Assembly (NCBI GenBank): GCA_001599295.1
Contig: BCGN01000010.1
Coordinates: 310,001-374,000, forward strand
Length of the DNA stretch: 64,000 nt
Direction of reading: 5' to 3'
Source of the DNA: Sporopachydermia quercuum
Lineage: Eukaryota
Shown: positions 60,034-64,000 of the stretch, one piece after another
Numbering within the stretch: position 1 is the stretch's first letter
How the letters are laid out: the number at the start of each line of letters is the position of its first letter
The notes under the pieces: generated by a model
The model's input: the letters and a program-made list of their open reading frames with translations, nothing else
The model's database searches: none
Told to the model about the DNA's origin: nothing
Translations under genes and position numbers: made by a program

Positions 60034-61797
60034 ATGGGACTGACTATCGAACAGAAGATAGAAGTTTGTCTTCTGGCAGAGTCAAATCCAAAGCTCACAC
60101 AGTCCGACTTATCAACTATCATTTCTAATCAGTATGGAATAGAAGCTCCGTCTCAAACGACAGTTTCACGTATTTTGAAGAATAAGCAATCTATTGTTGC
60201 ATCACGGGCTCATGAACTCAATCATAAAAGGAAAAGAAGGACGAAAGACTCTGTAGTATGTGCTACCTTACTAGAATGGATGGCTCAAGCTGTGTGGAAC
60301 GATATCCCTGTGTCAGCAGTATTGATCATGGGAACTGCTCAATTGATATGGAACCTGCTACCTTTAGATGTTAAACAGAGACAAGAGGATAATCCTCATA
60401 GTGGAAATAATGCAACGGGGAGACTGAAGAACGACGATAATGATTCCAATGACAACCATATGTTTGGTAGCAGATGGTGTTATAAGTTCCTAGCAAGAAA
60501 TAACCTAAGCATCAAAATGTTGGATCAGCAACTAAGGAAACCTTCAAAAATATGGACAATCAGTGAACGAGAAGAACTACGGAAGCATTTATCGCAATAT
60601 GCTGCAAAAGATATTTTCACATTGGATGATACAAATTTACTCTATTCTTTACCATTAGAAGCCCATGATGCTTCTGAACATCTAAGGAACTTTACCGAGA
60701 GGAGATCAAGGGCTTTGCTTTCAGTTCTATTAGCAGTGAATGGTGATGCCAGTGAACGAATATCGCCTCTGGTCGTAGGCACTTATGAGAATATGTCCTG
60801 CTTCAGGCGCAAAGGAAGAAACCATAAAGAAAAGCTTTTGTCTATGTATGGAATAGACTATAGGTCAAACAGAAGAGTATGGATTACTACAGCAATTATA
60901 CAGGATTGGCTTTTGATTCTTGATAAAAGGCTCCAAAACAGAAAGATAGCTTTCCTCATTGATGATTCAGCATCTCATCGCTGTATCAATTTGAAATTAG
61001 AGAACATTGAGTTAGTTTATGTCTCGGCAATGAATACTTTCTTACCATTTGATTGGGGTATCACCGATGAACTGAAAATCAACTATAGATACTTCCAATA
61101 TTCATATGTGCGGAAAATTTGTTCTACGCCCGAAGCAGTGCTTCTAGGGAACAATTTATTTCCTCTTCAGGAACAGATTGACATGATCAAGAGAGAAATG
61201 GAAGTAGACTTTGAACAAGCCTTACAATGGTTAAGTGAATCATGGAGCAAAATATCAAAGAATAGAATCTTGCAATGCTGGAAATACTCTGGCGTTTTAC
61301 CTTATCCTATAAAAGTTCCATTATATGATATGGTAGAAAAAACATCCGAGGAGCAGCTTCAGGAACTTATTGATGAGATAGGACTAATGGATTTTTGGCG
61401 GAATCCAATTATATATCCTGTGTTGGAATTGTATGATGCTAATCAGTTACTGATTGTTCCTATGGAACAGAAAACAAAGTTTTATTTAACGACAGAAGAA
61501 TTGATTGACTCATGTATTATAGACGAGGTTGAACCTGAGCCTGAGAAGAAGAAAAGAAGCCTATTTGATGTGAACTCAACAGCAGAAGAAATAGAACCAC
61601 TCTCTTCAAAGAAATCAAAGGTTGAGACAAAAAAAGCTGGAAATGATGTTAATGATATTGTAAACAAGCTATCTAGTTTGATAAAAATGTATGATGATGA
61701 CTTTTTGGACATAAAGTCGTTGTTGTCTGAAGCTTCAGTTCAAGAACTCACTAATGCACTTTCATACTACAAGCAAGTATCATCGACTTCGCTATAA
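60034..61797 (+). CDS. PDC2: Pdc2 transcription factor (CENP-B/pogo transposase-derived)
   Basis: CL.AE..PK.TQ..L, PSQ.T.SRIL, EW..Q..WN.IP, P.K.WT..ER, Y.SNRR.W.T, W....DKRL, DDS..HR.INL.L.NI.LVY, FLPF.WG. Convergent with PET100 as in S. cerevisiae; no terminal inverted repeats seen. Confidence 0.88.
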   Translation: MGLTIEQKIEVCLLAESNPKLTQSDLSTIISNQYGIEAPSQTTVSRILKNKQSIVASRAHELNHKRKRRTKDSVVCATLLEWMAQAVWNDIPVSAVLIMGTAQLIWNLLPLDVKQRQEDNPHSGNNATGRLKNDDNDSNDNHMFGSRWCYKFLARNNLSIKMLDQQLRKPSKIWTISEREELRKHLSQYAAKDIFTLDDTNLLYSLPLEAHDASEHLRNFTERRSRALLSVLLAVNGDASERISPLVVGTYENMSCFRRKGRNHKEKLLSMYGIDYRSNRRVWITTAIIQDWLLILDKRLQNRKIAFLIDDSASHRCINLKLENIELVYVSAMNTFLPFDWGITDELKINYRYFQYSYVRKICSTPEAVLLGNNLFPLQEQIDMIKREMEVDFEQALQWLSESWSKISKNRILQCWKYSGVLPYPIKVPLYDMVEKTSEEQLQELIDEIGLMDFWRNPIIYPVLELYDANQLLIVPMEQKTKFYLTTEELIDSCIIDEVEPEPEKKKRSLFDVNSTAEEIEPLSSKKSKVETKKAGNDVNDIVNKLSSLIKMYDDDFLDIKSLLSEASVQELTNALSYYKQVSSTSL

Positions 61798-62040
61798 ACA
61801 NACCTTTTGACCATACTATTTAATAGATAATTATAGAAAGATTATTATGTACATATATATATTCTAATGATAAAAATCAGTGATGAACGGTGAAAAAAGA
61901 ACATACTAAGTAAGAAAATGGAATATGATGAGATCAAAGCCAAATATATTGAAATTCGAGTTTTGATTATCTTTCATTGCATTCTTTTGCTGAATCCTAT
62001 GACAACAACATCTATACTGCATCTTAGTGAGCTAGTTCAT

Positions 62041-62541
62041 CTATTTCTGCCTAATATTTTCACCTTCACCTTCTTTTGAGGCTGCCTCCTCTGTTTGCCC
62101 TTCCTCCTCATCTAAATTTAATCCTAGTTCTTCAGCTCTCTTCTCCAGACGTAGTCTTCTAGCGATTCTTTCTTGTCTCATTCTTTCTAATTCAGCTTGA
62201 ATCAGATGCTTTTCTTTGGGAATCTTGTTTAGCGTTTCGGGATCAGGCCAAAAACCTGCAACGTTGAATTTCTTGTCAGTGTCGATTCCCACATAGTACA
62301 TCACAGCAATAGGTGTTGTTAGATAGAATGCGAACTACAATGATTAGTTATTATCGCTAATTTCATTAAAATACCAACAAAACAAACAGCAGGACTAATG
62401 TATAGCTTATTATCTACTAGGAAAGCTCGCTTCCACTAATATCAATCTATTGCCCTATTTCCTTTTGTCCACCCTCTCACTACTTACTCTGAACACTTCC
62501 AACTGCTGTCTGGTGATTTTACTGAAAAATCGAGAAAACAT
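62041..62541 (-). CDS. PET100: Cytochrome c oxidase assembly factor Pet100; exons 62541-62488 and 62334-62041, 115 aa
   Basis: Intron 62487-62335 (GTAAGT...AACTAAT...GTAG) gives TRQQLEVFR-FAFYL.TPIAVMYYVG.DTDKKFNV.GFWPDP. Confidence 0.9.
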
Positions 62542-62860
62542 TTTCAACTCAAGTCGTCAATGTATCAATATCAAGTCCCACAAGTAAAATTTCTACCCAA
62601 CCAGCTTCTATATACTTCCTATCCTTCAGATTATCATATCTCATGATCTCATGAGAACCTGCTCATCGTTTTCCTAACACCAGTAAGCAAGTTTCCTATC
62701 CTTTTTACAGGCCACAAAAGGAAGCTTGTGATATTAGATGACCCTTTAAGGGAAATCCCGGGGGCCAGGTTGGAGATATGAATCTTATGTAGGGTGAGAT
62801 GCGAAGGTATGACAAAAAAACACTTAAACATCTCCAGAATGCCCTCCGAGATTGGCTTCT

Positions 62861-62885
62861 TTTCCAGAATGTTCAGGAAGGTTCT
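62861..62885. promoter_or_regulatory. Perfect five-unit heat-shock element (HSE)
   Basis: tTTCcaGAAtgTTCagGAAggTTCt, alternating nTTCn/nGAAn with exact 5-bp phasing; an STRE-like AGGGG lies near 62990. Confidence 0.8.
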
Positions 62886-63627
62886 TTTGTTTGAGGAATA
62901 AATGATGAAGTTATCAGAAATACAGTACGGTGGTCACTAAGTGTGACATGAGTCAGGCGATTGCCACGGGATTTGTCAGGAGAACATATAGGGGAAGCGA
63001 TGAGGGAAANATAGAGAGAAAGAATGTAATAGAATTTCGGAAATTAAGGAGGAAAGAACGTAAAGAATTCTCTGCTTTGTTGCTAATTAATAATCAATTT
63101 CCACTCCGTTTGAATATCATTCAGATAATATCTAATATGTATCCTTGAAAATTCATTCACGGCTAATGACATCATAGGTAATGCGGAATTGGCGGGTTGT
63201 ATGACTATGACAAAGTTTGTCCCAACTAACCCCAGCTTTCACAAGCTCAACTTCACACACTTTCACAAGGACAAAGATTAATGTTTAAATACTCGACCTT
63301 CCGCTCTTTCTCTTATCAAAACAGTTTTTTTCTTACATTTGAGAAATTAAATTTGATTCATTGTTATATAATCTGTGGATCAATCAACAGGAACTTATCT
63401 GTCAAACACGACTTGTGACTCTACTGTTACTGTTCTATTACGATCGAAAATTCGATTACCTTGTGCTTATCTCCAATCTCTGACTATCTATCGATTGACG
63501 AATTAACGATAAGGTGTGAAAGACTAACCAAACTTATATGACGTATCATAACCAGTTAGACAATAGCAAAGTATATGAACCCAATCAATCTTATTATAAA
63601 GATTATTTTCAGTCAACTCAAGTTAAG

Positions 63628-64000
63628 ATGTCTTACTACTATACAGGCAACCCAATACAGGAGATCTTAGAAGCTCTTACTGGTGGTGCCTCCGGTTCGG
63701 CTGATCAGAATCCTACAAACAGAAGATCTGGTCAAAGAGGTGGAAGACAATATCAAAGAGGGGCGTACGATAGTCCTTTTTACTATCAGTATGCTGATCC
63801 ATCTACTAGTAGAGGCAATCAAAGATACTCAAGAAGACCAGAGAGACCATTTGAAAGAGAATATTATACACCTGACGATAGTGATTATAGATATGCTAGG
63901 AGACCAACTGGCGGAAGGGGTTCTTATGGTAATCAACAAAGAGGACACGCTAGAAGACCTAACAGACCAGCAACAGAAACTTATGGACAAAGTGAAATTT
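63628..64000 (+). CDS. 5' part of a gene with a Y/R/G/Q-rich low-complexity N-terminus, probably small heat-shock protein Hsp42 (runs off the window)
   Basis: Open frame from ATG 63628 to the window end: MSYYYTGNPIQEILEALTGG...RRSGQRGGRQYQRG..FYYQY. It resembles the remembered Hsp42 prion-like N-terminus (MSFY...DVLNAL..GQRG) and has an upstream HSE. The alpha-crystallin domain is not in the window. Confidence 0.55.
   Translation, partial: MSYYYTGNPIQEILEALTGGASGSADQNPTNRRSGQRGGRQYQRGAYDSPFYYQYADPSTSRGNQRYSRRPERPFEREYYTPDDSDYRYARRPTGGRGSYGNQQRGHARRPNRPATETYGQSEI

Noticed and set aside
60034..61797. Active pogo/Tigger transposon
   Set aside because: No terminal inverted repeats were seen; Pdc2-specific motifs and synteny with PET100 indicate a domesticated host gene.
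1..64000. tRNA, rRNA, snRNA, LTR elements and CRISPR arrays
   Set aside because: No cloverleaf, rRNA or snRNA signature, LTR pair or spaced repeat array was recognised by eye; short or divergent ncRNAs could have been missed.

Overview
Gene-dense nuclear chromosome segment from a budding yeast (Saccharomycotina) with short GT-AG introns and scattered single-base N calls. CUG reads as Leu at conserved positions, and the window retains genes that S. cerevisiae lacks (complex I subunit NDUFS4, ELL, cyclophilin H). About 22 protein genes are supported: MSH1, SET1, NDUFS4, ORC6, MAK21, TEC1-like, RPL19, YBL028C-like, RAX1, ELL-like, YFH1, a six-exon cyclophilin H, PUB1, EXP1, PCT1, RAD30, ERD1, RRP17, IRE1, PDC2, PET100 and the 5' part of a probable HSP42. 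Several gene neighbourhoods match S. cerevisiae. The ORF track misses a box C/D snoRNA (snR67-like, large-subunit rRNA P-loop Gm guide) inside an intron of an apparently non-coding host transcript. The most unusual signals are: (1) a SET1 with no recognisable RRMs but an N-terminal Shg1/BOD1-like segment; (2) a Tec1 whose C-terminal half is colinear with the TEAD YAP-binding domain; (3) the intronic snoRNA unit; (4) an unassigned three-way-junction RNA structure between IRE1 and PDC2; (5) a consensus intron downstream of the PUB1 stop codon; (6) a Pdc2 with an apparently intact pogo-type D-D-D triad. All homology calls were made by eye from remembered motifs; no searches were run.
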